From Felis catus (lineage: Eukaryota), in the NCBI RefSeq assembly GCF_018350175.1, contig NC_058368.1, positions 142,044,001-142,108,000 on the forward strand: a stretch of DNA of 64,000 nt, written 5' to 3'. Below, piece after piece: positions 13,013 to 24,600 of this stretch (the first letter of the stretch is position 1; every line of letters begins with the position of its first letter). The notes beneath the pieces were generated by a model. That model worked only from the letters and a program-made list of their open reading frames with translations. It made no database searches and was not told the DNA's origin. Made by a program: the position numbers and the translations under genes.

Positions 13013-13764
13013 AAGAACCAGAGGAGGGAAAAAGAACCACTGAATTTACTATGTGAACCTCTCTCATATGAAGATAGGTCTCTCTTCATTTTGATCGGAC
13101 CACACCAAATGGTAATATAAAAACATCAGAATGAAATAATCTTTTCACTCTGGTCTAAAATATTTACTTTCAGTAAAAAGAAATGTTATTACTTTAAATA
13201 TTAACTTTATGAAGGCAAAAAATACCTTCTACTCCATAAAGTGTATTTATAAAGGCACAGTTTATACATCTTTAAGTACTGTGATTATTATTACACAGAC
13301 TCACGGAATAAAGAAAAGTGTAAAACTATACTTAAGTAGCAATACTCTATACAATTTTTTTATCTGACACTCCAAACACAAATGTTCCACAAAAACTGTA
13401 GTAAGTCAGTGTTTAAACCCACAATTTTTTACTCTGAATATAAGCTTTGATTTTAAGAGATCTTAGGATACAGAGAGACTTGCTCATTTTATCTCAATGG
13501 ATTTACTACGAAATAAACACAAATTGTGATCTTTATGTCAGTTCATAAGGAATAACAAAATATAAAGAAAAAAATAAAATTGACAACAGTTAAGAACTGC
13601 ATAATGTAAAAAAAAAAGAACTGCATAATGTAAAATCTGCTTATATATAAAAATTGATGAAAGAATCAAATATTCCTGAAAAACATCTACTTTTGCAACA
13701 TGTGACCAGTAACACTGGAATAAGTAGAAATAAAAAGCAACTTCAGCTGAAGTAATCCATGATG

Positions 13765-13950
13765 TTAGTAAAGCACTTTCACAAGTATCTTACTGGATCC
13801 TTAAAACAACCCCATGAGGTAAGCAAAGCAGGTATTCACCATCTTTTTCACAAGATGAAAGACCTGAGGTACACAAGTTTGTATGAATTTATCAATAATC
13901 TCACAGACTGAAAGTGGTGGGGCCAGGATTTTACCTCAGAATCATTATTC
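13765..13950 (-). mobile_element. MIR fragment
   Basis: aacaaccccatgaggtaag...cacaagatgaaagacctgaggtacac...gtggtggggccaggattt, MIR core-like. Confidence 0.7.
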
Positions 13951-14188
13951 TTCATCTTGTCATCTTTCTCTCTTTTATTACCTTGGAATTTACAGTAGTC
14001 AAGAAAAAGACACTGAATATATCCACTTGCCTTCTGAATTCAGTGATAGCCTGGAGGGCACTAGCACCATCTAAGATTTGTACCAGGACAAAACAATCTA
14101 TAATCTGCTGTGGACACAGACTATCATCTCATGTTTAAAAGCTATGCAGGGGAATACAACATGACATTCTCATGCAATCCATGATACT

Positions 14189-14917
14189 TGTGTTAGTATA
14201 GTAACAAAATACCACAGATTGGGTGTCTTAAGCAATGGACATTTAATTATCAGTTTTGGAGGCTGGCAAGTCCAAGATCAACATGTTAGCATATTGGGGT
14301 TCCTGGTAAGAACCTACTTCCTGCCTTGCAAATGGCTGCCTTCTCATTAGGCCTTCACATGGCAGAGAAAGAAAGAAGCAGCTCATTGGTGTCTCTTTAA
14401 GGACACTATTCCCACAGTGAGACCTCCTACCCTCACAACTTCATTTAAACCTAATTATTTCCAGGGGCACCTAGCTGGCTCAGTCAGTAGAGGATGCAAC
14501 TCTTGATCAGGAATGTAAGTTCAAGCCCCACAATGGGTGTAAGAGACTACTTAAAATAAATAAAATCTGGGGTGCCTGGGTCGCTCAGTCGGTTAAGCAT
14601 CCTACTTTAGTTCAGGTCATGATCTTGGGGTTCATGGATTCGAGCACCACGTCCGGCTTTGCTGCTGACAGCTCAGAGCCTGGAGACTGCTTCAGATTCT
14701 GTGTCTCCCTCTCTCTCTGCCCCACCCCTGCTCGCACTCTGTCCCTCTCTCTCTCTCAAAATTAGTAAAAACATTAAAATATATATATATATTTTAATAA
14801 AATCTTTAAAAAAAATAAAGCTAATTACTTCCCAAGTCCTCACCTCCAAATACCATCACATTAGGGGTTATGACTTCAACATATGAATTGGGGGGGGAAC
14901 ACAAACACTCAGTTCAG
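14189..14917 (-). mobile_element. MLT1A-like (MaLR) LTR split by two nested SINEs at ~14464-14818
   Basis: gtaacaaaataccacagattgggtg, ggaggctggcaagtccaagatcaa, ctccaaataccatcacattagggg...cttcaacatatgaatt. Confidence 0.85.
14464..14818 (+). mobile_element. Short old carnivore SINE with a second SINE (~14569-14795) in its tail
   Basis: Two heads; inner TSD aataaaatct; outer TSD ctaatta(t/c)ttcc. Confidence 0.88.
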
Positions 14918-16539
14918 AGATACGATAGCAATATACTGGTAGTATATCTCTAGGATATTGGGTTAGATGTGCCTAGCAAGACCAGAGTGGGTAGGTGATT
15001 AGCAATATTGTACTGGCTTAGTTAAATTAGCTATTCAGTATGGATAGCATGCCTTACCAAAGAAATGCATTCACTAGGGAAAAAGGGTCACGTTTAATAA
15101 AAGTTTAAATTTATTATTTTTCTCAAAGGAAAAAAAGAAGTCATCTCCCTCCCCCAAAATTAGGTCTATATAAAACAAACCAGGATATGCATAGTGGTTT
15201 GAGACTTTTTTCCTTTCGTGTGGTAAATGCTATGCTCTTCACTTTACATGTTTTATATCACAGCCCAGTGACCACTATGCCACTCAGGTGGAAGTGTGGG
15301 TTTGAGGACCATTGAACACTGAATCTGCCCCCATACATCACAATTACAGAAACACCTGTGCCCAGTAACTTTCTGTTGAGCCACTATGAAAATTCACAAT
15401 GTTCAATTGCCCACAGCACTTTTCATTTCTTATGACTAAATGATCAGCTCCAATACATAAGAAACAAGCTTTCTGAATGCAGCAGTTTCCAAACTTCGTT
15501 ACTAAGGAATCTAGATCTATATACGGCATTTTGTCAAATTTTTCTGAAATAAAATATACTTGTGACAAATGGGGAACTTAAGTAGGGTTCCAAGACATGA
15601 GAAAGAATGGTCCTAATCATCTGAAAACTAACTAATCCCTATCTAATGATGGGGAATAAATATGAATTGCTTTTTTGTTAAGCAGAATACATTTTAGAGT
15701 GGTTCTCATTCAATCATAAATTATGAAATAAAATTAAAATCAACCTAAGTAGAACTAATCATGATTCCTCATGTATTCATTCTTTCTTTGCCTTAACCCC
15801 TGAAATAGAGAAAATACACTAGAGAAGGTAGATGTCTACTAAACTGAAACTGAAAAATGTAATTCTCCTTTACGACAATGAAAAAGAAGAACAGGGTTAG
15901 AGCAGAGGTTATGAAGTATTTGTGGACATTTCATGGAGGAGGCAATAAATCAGTAAAGTTCCTGTTTTTTTTTAGTCTTATGGGGAACTCTAAAATGTAA
16001 ACAGAAAAAAAAAAAAAACTATACGTAGATAAAGTAAGGTAGATAGGGGTCCAGAAAACAACAATTTAAAAACTTTAAAAAGCAAAAAATCTAGGTTATA
16101 AAAACTCTTTAAATAGAAAATTTTAAAGGGACCACTTATTTTTCATTAACTCCAAAATATTGATATACCTAAATTAAGTGATATCCTTTGAGTCACTGCT
16201 AAAAGTTATGTAAGCAAGTTGTTCTAAAAATAATATATGGATAACCGGTCAAATACAGAGCTAACAGTTAGAAGTGACTGCTTAGTGAGTGGAAAGTGGA
16301 GATAAGAAGGGGGAAAATAATATATTTATTACACAATGCAGCAATTCCACTCTTACAGAAATAAAAACATACGTCTACACAAAGACTTTGTGGCACTGTA
16401 GGCAAAGGTTACAGCTTCCTGGGTGTACACAAAAGTTTAGAGTTCAAGCGTAAGTACAATCTATGACTGCCAGAGACAAAGAGATAGATAATTTGTGTGT
16501 TTATGTGTTACAAAAATTGTATGTTAAATAAAGAAAAAA

Positions 16540-18310
16540 AAGAAAAGGAATAATTTATGATATTTACCCACATATATACCATTTCTTTCATTCTTTATTC
16601 TCTTCTATAGTTATGAATTACCATCTGTTACCAGTTCTCTTGAACCTAAACAATTTCTTGTAGTATTTCTTATGTATTTCCCATGTATGAATTTTTCAAT
16701 TTTGTTCATCTGAAAATGTATCCCTTCCATCTTTATTTTTGAAGATTAGATTTGTTCAATAAGGAATTCTTTGGTGACAGTTTTTCCTGTCAATAATTGA
16801 AAGATGATATTCCATTGCTTTTTAGATTCCACTGTTTCTGATCAGCAGTTAGCCATATCATTGTTCTTCTATATATAATGCAGTTTATCTCTGTCTCTTT
16901 CATTGTTTTCTTTTTCCCTTTCGGTTTCAGAAGTTTGACTATGATGTATAGAAGTGTGACTTTTTACTTGTTTTGTTGGAGAATTTGATAAGTTTCCTGG
17001 ATCAGTGTGCTTGGATTTTCCCCCTTCAACTAAATTTGAAAATTTCCGTCTTTATTTCTTCAGGTATTTATTCTGTTTCATTCACATTCTTTACTCTCAT
17101 TCTGGAACTTCAGTTAGAAGCACTTCATTCTGTTTGATATTATTCCACAAGGCTCTCAGACTCTCCACTTGCTTTTTCTGTTTTTCAGACTGAAAAATTT
17201 CTACTGATTTACCTTCAGGATTCTTGACTCTTTTACTGCCTCCTTTCAGATGTTAAGCCCATCTACTATACTTTTCATTTAATCATTGTATTTTTCAGCC
17301 CTATATTTTCCATTTGGTTCTTTCTTTTTTTAACTTAAAAAAAATGTTTGTTTATTTATTTTCAGAGAAAGAGAAAGCGAGCAAGTGAGGGGCAGACAGA
17401 GGGGGAGAGAGAGAATCTCAGGGCAAAGTCCAATGCGGAGCTCAAACTCAAAAACCCTGAGATCATGATAGGAGCTGAAACCAAGAGCCAGACGCTTACC
17501 TGAATGAGCCACCCAGACGCCCCTCCATTTGGTTCTTTCTTATGAAGTCTTCTGTTAAGATTCCTCATGTATTCATTCAACACGCCGATGTTGCTTTTAG
17601 TATTTTGGCCATAGATATAACTGCTTTTATTTACCTCTAATTGCCTTTTCTTGACTATCCTGAGGTGACTTTCTACTTGACTGTTTTTTCTCTTGAGCAG
17701 CAGTTATTCATTTGTTTCTCATGTGCACTGATTTTTTAAACGTACATTCTGGACACGATCAACCACACACTATAAAAGTCTTCCTTACAATGTACTGAAT
17801 TCTTCTGAAGTATACTGATATTTGTTATAACTAGTGTGCTACTGATCTCAAACTCCAAACTCTGTCTCTCTTAATGTGGCCAGCAAGGGGAATGTCCACT
17901 TAGCTTTTTTATCTTCCAGGAGCTGCTTTTTTACTACATCCACTACAGTCTTTCTCATACGTCTCCACTTTATTGTTCAGCCAAGGATTTGGATGCTGTT
18001 CACATGCATTTCCAGGGGGTTCATCCTTCTGTGGTTCCCACACCCTTCTGGAACTTCCTCCAAAATGTTAGGTATTCTGCCAGTCTTGAAGTCTGTTCTC
18101 TGACAGCTGGATAAGCAAGGCTGTGGCTCTTTCCATTACCATGTGAGTTACAGGAGTGACCTCAGACAAAAACCTGCAAACTCAAAAATCTCACACCTTG
18201 AAATTTCAGCCTTTCGTATATAGAATCCTCTCTAGTTTTTTCCTACTTGTGGCTGTCTTACAGAGACTTTAGATAGCTGGTTTTTGCAAAACATTTCTAG
18301 AGAGTTAACC
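16540..18310 (-). mobile_element. Ancient L1M ORF1/5' region, heavily decayed
   Basis: T-rich L1-like motifs tctgaaaatgtatc, tattccattgctt...ctgtttctgat, agtttgactatgatgt. Confidence 0.6.
17326..17523 (-). mobile_element. Carnivore SINE
   Basis: TSD tccatttggttctttct. Confidence 0.9.
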
Positions 18311-18399
18311 CAATCAAGGCATTCTATTAGTAGAAGCTGAAACTCTTAAGTTCATGAGGTACTATATCTCAACTGCAAGTCAAATGTCTTGATGCTTTT

Positions 18400-18680
18400 T
18401 ATGTGAAAGTACACCTTTTTCATATACCCCCTCCACATCTCAGTTTTCTCATGCCTCCCATTACATCCCATTAGCCAGAACTGCATTATATGCCCATTCC
18501 TAAACCCATCACCTACGAGAGGAATGTAATTATTAACATTAACTAGACTACATTAGGCTCAAGAGCAACATGGCTTCTTCAAAACTATGCAGGTGCTCAA
18601 TCTCTGTAGAAAATGTTTGCAGGGAAGATCTTTCAATGGGGGGTGGCTGTTTGAGACAATTAACAGTGCTGCATTCTCTA
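18400..18680. mobile_element. Old MLT1J/K-like MaLR fragment
   Basis: catcccattagccagaactgcattatatgcccattcctaaacccatcac. Confidence 0.45.
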
Positions 18681-19660
18681 CACCACCTAGACAACAATAC
18701 ATTGGCAGAATCTGTCTGATGTGACTATTTTAGAACTGTGGAATCTACTGAAGGTTTGCTACTTTCAGGAAGACTTCAGTGATTTTAAGATATGTCTCAG
18801 AAATCTAAAGTCTATACATAGACACAACTAAATGAATCACAGAGTAGAAGAAAACTGGATGTTTCAAATTACATTATTAGTTTACAGAAACTCATCTTTT
18901 CTCAGGTGAATACAGAAACTATTAAGCAGCAAAATCACAAAATTAAATGTAAATAAGTGACTTGTCAGGTGATTCACTATTAATTATATCCACTCCTTTA
19001 TGCTAGAATAATAAAACTAACATAGAGAAAAATATGAGGAAATGAATGGATGATACAGTCAAGAGACATTACAACAATACAAGTATCTATGGGAGAATAT
19101 AAAAAAAAAAGCTCAGAGAAAAGAGGAAACTTAGCAGATATCAGAGAAGGGCAAAAGAATGAATAACCTTTCTTAACTCCTTAAACTCTAAGTCTCTCCT
19201 CCTAAAATTCAGTTGGTACATGTTAAAAGTCATAAAATACTTAAAACTATGAACACTTTGAGACTTCTAGGAAGGATGGTAAAATAAAGACAGAGAATGT
19301 AATCTCTTTTCCCAATATAAAAAATGTGAGGAAAATAAAAATATTAAAACTAGCAAAAAACAGTCAACTGTAATGGAACAAGTGTCATAATCTATTGGCA
19401 CAAACTTTTTTTTTTAAACAAAGCTTTTTTTAAACAGTAGATTTTAGAAACACATATTCCTTGCTTCCTGAGAATGTTCATTAATAACCTTCTCCTCCCC
19501 AAATTTAGAAGAAAACAAAGAAGAGGTATTCTTATCTTTTCAATCTAATGGGCGGGTAGGGTGGTGAGGGGGGTTAGTGGTGAAAATAGGTGCTGAAGAG
19601 AAGCACATGGCAGAGTAAACAACAAAGCTGGCTCTCCCTGAGAGAAGTGAAGACTCTGGA

Positions 19661-19848
19661 GCAACACTGCCCAAAAGAAACTTTTATGGTAAAGGAAACG
19701 TTTTATATCAGCACCATCTAATAAGTAGGCACTAGCTATGTGCGACTACTGAGCACTTAAAATGTGGCTAATGCATCTGAAACATTGATATTCAATTTTA
19801 GTTAAACAGTCACATGTGGCTAGCAGCTACTTTATCGAGCAACAAAGT
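19661..19848. mobile_element. MER3-like hAT-Charlie element
   Basis: cactagctatgtgcgactactgagcacttaaaatgtggcta ... agtcacatgtggctagcagctac. Confidence 0.75.
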
Positions 19849-20438
19849 TCTTGGATGAAGCAATGAATAACAGAAATTAATTTAAAGATCAAAAATATCT
19901 TTCCATAGGAATATATTAGGTGGTACGAATATTCCTAAAGAACATTGAAGAAAATTCCAGAAAAACTGCTCAGGCATTCTAAAAAAACAACTTCAATCTC
20001 TGCTGATGCTAAATTTACTACCCCCAAAATTACTCCTTTCCCCAAATGCCCTAAGGCTACCACTAAATCAAAAAAGAGTATGACATAAAATACACCTCAA
20101 ATTGAAAACTGAGAGGAAGAAACAAACTATCTTTAGGTGTGGGTACAAAACTAAGAAGTCACACTGTGTCAGAATGAATGTCTGTACCAGAGCTTCCCAA
20201 GTATTTTCAATATGAAAAGAGCACAATAACTATGCTACATATTCACAGCACACATTAAAAATACAAAAGACAAATCATTCTGGAAAAAAATATTCCCTAT
20301 GTATAGAAAGTAAATTCTCCAAGAGGTTCTCAAGTTCTTGAACATGAACTCAAGAAAATGGAAGTTCAAAGATGAGACGATAAAACTATATAATAAAGGA
20401 AATGTAAGACTGAAACTTGAATAAGTAAAATCCAAAGC

Positions 20439-20588
20439 GGGTGCCTGGGTGGCTCAGTCAGTTAAGTGTCTGACTCTTGATTTCGGCTCAGGGCGTGATC
20501 TGCCGGTTCATGAGATCAAGCCCAAATTGGCCTCTGTGCTGGCACAGAGCCTGCTTAGGATTCTCTCTGTGACCCTCTCTTGTAGGAG

Positions 20589-20644
<56 letters not shown>

Positions 20645-20660
20645 ATAAATACAATAAAAT
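20439..20660 (+). mobile_element. Carnivore SINE with expanded (CT)n
   Basis: Head and body; (CT)n at 20593-20641; TSD aaaa(t/c)ccaaagc. Confidence 0.9.
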
Positions 20661-20752
20661 AAAACCCAAAGCAGTATCATTATCAAAGTAAACAAAAACT
20701 GTTAAAGACAGATAAGATCACTGAAAATCAAATTACTGACAAAAAGACTTGA

Positions 20753-20910
20753 GGGGTGTCTGGGTGGCTCAGTCAGTTAAATGTCTGACTTCAGCTCAGG
20801 TCATGATCTCACTGTTCACAGGTTTGAGCCTCAGACTGGGCTTTGTGCTGAGCCTACTTCAAATTCTCTGTCTCCCTCTCTCTCTGCCTCTCCATCACTC
20901 ATGCTCTTAC

Positions 20911-20947
<37 letters not shown>
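20753..20947 (+). mobile_element. Carnivore SINE with ~40-nt pure A tail
   Basis: TSD aaaaagacttgag. Confidence 0.9.
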
Positions 20948-20954
<7 letters not shown>

Positions 20955-21371
20955 CTTGAGAAATACAAATGCAAATAAAAAGACAAACACTGAAGCAACT
21001 TTTTTAAAGGTGACAGAGAGTACACAAAGACTGTAAAATAGCATAACTGGTATTTATGAAGCATATAAAAGACAAACAGCAAGAAAAAAAAAACTTGGAA
21101 CATCAAAGAAAAGAATTCAAAAAATTCTACAAAATAAATGAAGAAGTAAATATGTAGATCAGATAGAATGATCTGCATCAAGAGGCAACTTCACTAATCT
21201 TTATAGAGTTGGAAAAAAAACAGCTTTCTGGGATACAAACAAAAAAACCAAATCACCTGCAAAGGAAAAAAATCTGTGCCTACAAGGAGAGCTCTCTGAA
21301 GAAGAAGAAAAAAAGGTGTGACCCAACAGTATTATATCCAACCAAGATGTCAAGTAAAAAAGTAACATGAC

Positions 21372-21590
21372 GGGACACCTGGGTGGCTCAGTTGGTTAAG
21401 CTTCCGACTCTTGGTTTAGGCTCAGATGATGATCTTACAGTTGGTGGGCTCAAGACCCACATCCAGCACTGTGCTGCAAGTGTGCAGCCCACTGGGGATT
21501 CTCTCTCCCTCTCTCTCTGCCCCTCCCCTGCTGCTGTGCTCTCTCAAAATAAATAAATAAACTTTAAAAAATTTGTAAAAATTAAAAAAT
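21372..21590 (+). mobile_element. Carnivore SINE
   Basis: TSD aaaagtaacatg. Confidence 0.9.
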
Positions 21591-22053
21591 AAAAGTAACA
21601 TGGCATTTCAAATACATAAGCCCCAAGAGAATACTGATTCCACCAAAAAGGAGATAAGAATGTTACTATACAGAAATAATATCTGCAAAGTCATAATTAA
21701 ATGAACAATATACAATTATTTAAAAATTCTAATAAAACTATATTGCAAAGATGGAATAGGGACAGAGTGAAACTATGAGATAATATATGACAAGAATGCC
21801 AAATCTTCCATTTCTATAGTAGGAAGTCATTCATAAATCAAGAAACAGCAATATGTGCGTATTACTAAAAAATATGCATATTACTGAGAAACGGAGAAAG
21901 TTAAATACACACGTGTCTAAAAGAATTGGAGGTAGCTAAATCCAGGCATGGGGAAGGGTGGAACAGGAAAATGTTTCTCACAAGCCAGGTGGTATTATGT
22001 AATTTACTTTTTTAAAGCATGTACATGTCTACTTGGATAAAGATTAAAGTATA

Positions 22054-22261
22054 TTTTTTGTTTTTTTACTTTTTATTTTTTTTTGAGTGAGAGCGTGTGT
22101 GGGTACAAGTGGGGGAGGGGCAGAGGGAGACAGAGCATCTCAAGCAAGCTCCACACCCAGCATGGAGCCCAATGCAGGGCTGGATCTCACAACCCTGAGA
22201 TTTATGACCTGAGCCAAAATCAAGAGTCCCACGCTTAACCAACTGAGCCACCCAGGTGCCC
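22054..22261 (-). mobile_element. Carnivore SINE
   Basis: Head ends at cccaggtgccc; T tail. Confidence 0.9.
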
Positions 22262-22288
22262 TAAAATATTTTTCAGAAGGAAACTTCA

Positions 22289-22513
22289 GGGGCGCCTGGG
22301 TGGCTCAGTCGGTTAAGCGTCCGACTTCGGCTCAGGTCGTGATCTCACGGTCTGTGAGTTCGAGCCCCGCGTTGGGCTCTGTGCTGACAGCTCAGACCTT
22401 GGAGCCTGTTTCAGATTCTGTGTCTCCCTCTCTCTCTGACCCTTCCCCGTTCATGCTCTGTCTCTCTCTGTCTCAAAAATAAATAAACATTAAAAAAAAA
22501 ATTAAAAAAAAAA
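22289..22513 (+). mobile_element. Felid carnivore SINE
   Basis: TSD aaggaaacttca. Confidence 0.93.
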
Positions 22514-24459
22514 AAGGAAACTTCATGGATTAAAAAATCCAACCAAAAATAAATTATGAACAAGAAGAAGAATGAGGAATCTTTAAGATAAATACTTCAT
22601 AACTAATGGAGAGAGGGAAACCCCATTTCAATATCTGCTAGTGGTCCACAGTTTCCCAATAAACTGCATATTGAACTCTTTATCAATAGGTGCCTGAAAA
22701 AGTGCACAAAAAACTTTTGTATTTGAATTGTACAGCACGGATCCTACCATAACTCCTCCCTACTGTTATTTAAAAATTACGCACAAGAGATTCAAAAATA
22801 GTTCGTTAGTAAGACACAATACAAAATTTATTTTACAAAGAAAATTAACTTGTAAAGAAAATTAAAACTGAATAAAAAATAATCTCTAACATGTAGGTCC
22901 TGGAAGACAGGACACGGTGGACTCTCACAGTACTTTTGTATTTTCAGAAAATTGCCAATCAAGAACTACGTATATGAATTTTGTGTTCGGATTAGTTCTG
23001 ATTTTACAGCTGTCCCTAAAAAACTTAAGGAATTTATCTCAAAAATACTTTAAACAAAATTGTAAACTGGAACTTTCTTACACCCACCTAAAGTTTTATA
23101 ATTGAAATACAGATATACTGAGAGAAATAAAAGTAAATTCATCACTCCAAATTTCAAAATGGCATGCATAATACCACTAGAATTATATTAGCTGGATTCA
23201 TATGCAAAAAGTAACCGTGAGTACATAAAGTTTGAAGTTCTAAATCATGAAAGTAAAAAAATTTGATAATTCTAGCAAAACTGTCATCTCCTAGAGAAAG
23301 TTTAAGGTTAAAGAGCTAAATTCATAAAATTAAAAACCTTTCTCAGGCCCCAGAACCCGAGCTTTATTTTGGTTTATAATTAATACCACTAAAGGGTTTT
23401 GGGCTTTTTTAATACTCTTAAAATTTACTTAGTGTTTTATAACATTTATTTTCTAAAATTCATTTTTTCTACAAAAGTAACGTTAGTATTAGAGGTTTAC
23501 ATTTATGCTTCAAGTATTCTCCCATAATAGGCTTGAATGACACAAAGAAAATCTTTAAGTAATTTTATATCCTTGAAAATTATACAAACTTGACCTAGAA
23601 TAAAAAAAAAACAAAAACACCTACATGTACTGTAAAGAGTAAGGTAAATTTGAGAAAATAAAAATGCAAATATGCATTTTAGCAGTCTCTTGAATTTATT
23701 AACCTAAAAGGTTTAATTTCCATTTTCCTGCATCAGCTTTATTTATAAAATGTCGTGCCCTATAAATACGCTGTTATTTTCTATAGTCAAGCACCCTCTT
23801 AACAAATCTTCTCATTAATATGTAAATTTAAAGTCAATCGGTCTTCTCCCTGACAGCCCCATGAATTCCTAGTGCACTGTATAATCGGCTTTGACTTGGC
23901 ATCCACTATTTATCATCAAAGATGTCAGTTAGAAAAATTATGGAAAATGCACTGCAATTGATATGACTGCAATCTACTTTGTCAACACTTAATTGTTCCT
24001 CAAATCATACATTTACATATAAACAGCCTAAATACTGATCTATAATGATGCAAATAAACTAAATTAAAAATCTCTTCTGCCCCGAAGAAGCTTGTTTGTA
24101 TATGATGTGTTCATCTGAGAACTTATTGACAAAAGCATGTTACATCAGCTCATCTCAAAAAAGGTTTCTACTAATTTTCAATCCCTCAAAAAAATAATTT
24201 TGCTACCTTTCAAGTTTATAAACAAATATTTTAAAAATTCAACAAGAAACATGATTTTTCTCTCTGAAAAGCAAATTTAATTATAGTTGTTAGCTAACTG
24301 CAATATCTAAGCACCAAGGATGGGGGGGCAGGGAACTTCAAAACTGGCTTCAACCAGAATGCAGTAAACAAACAGAGAAAGTTATTAAAGTAAGCAAAAA
24401 GATACTTTAACTTAAAAGTCATGAGGAAATAGAATATATAGGATATATATCAGAATATA

Positions 24460-24600
24460 AATCTGATCTAGGCATCAGATTACTCTGTTTATATTTCTGG
24501 TTCCACATTTTATAAGCAATATTATCTTCTATGAGTTGTTAAACATTATATGCCTCAGTTTCTTCATCTATAAAATGGGTCTAATAATCGTTACTATACT
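24460..24600 (+). mobile_element. MIR fragment
   Basis: tgcctcagtttcttcatctataaaatgggtctaataat, MIR core. Confidence 0.75.
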
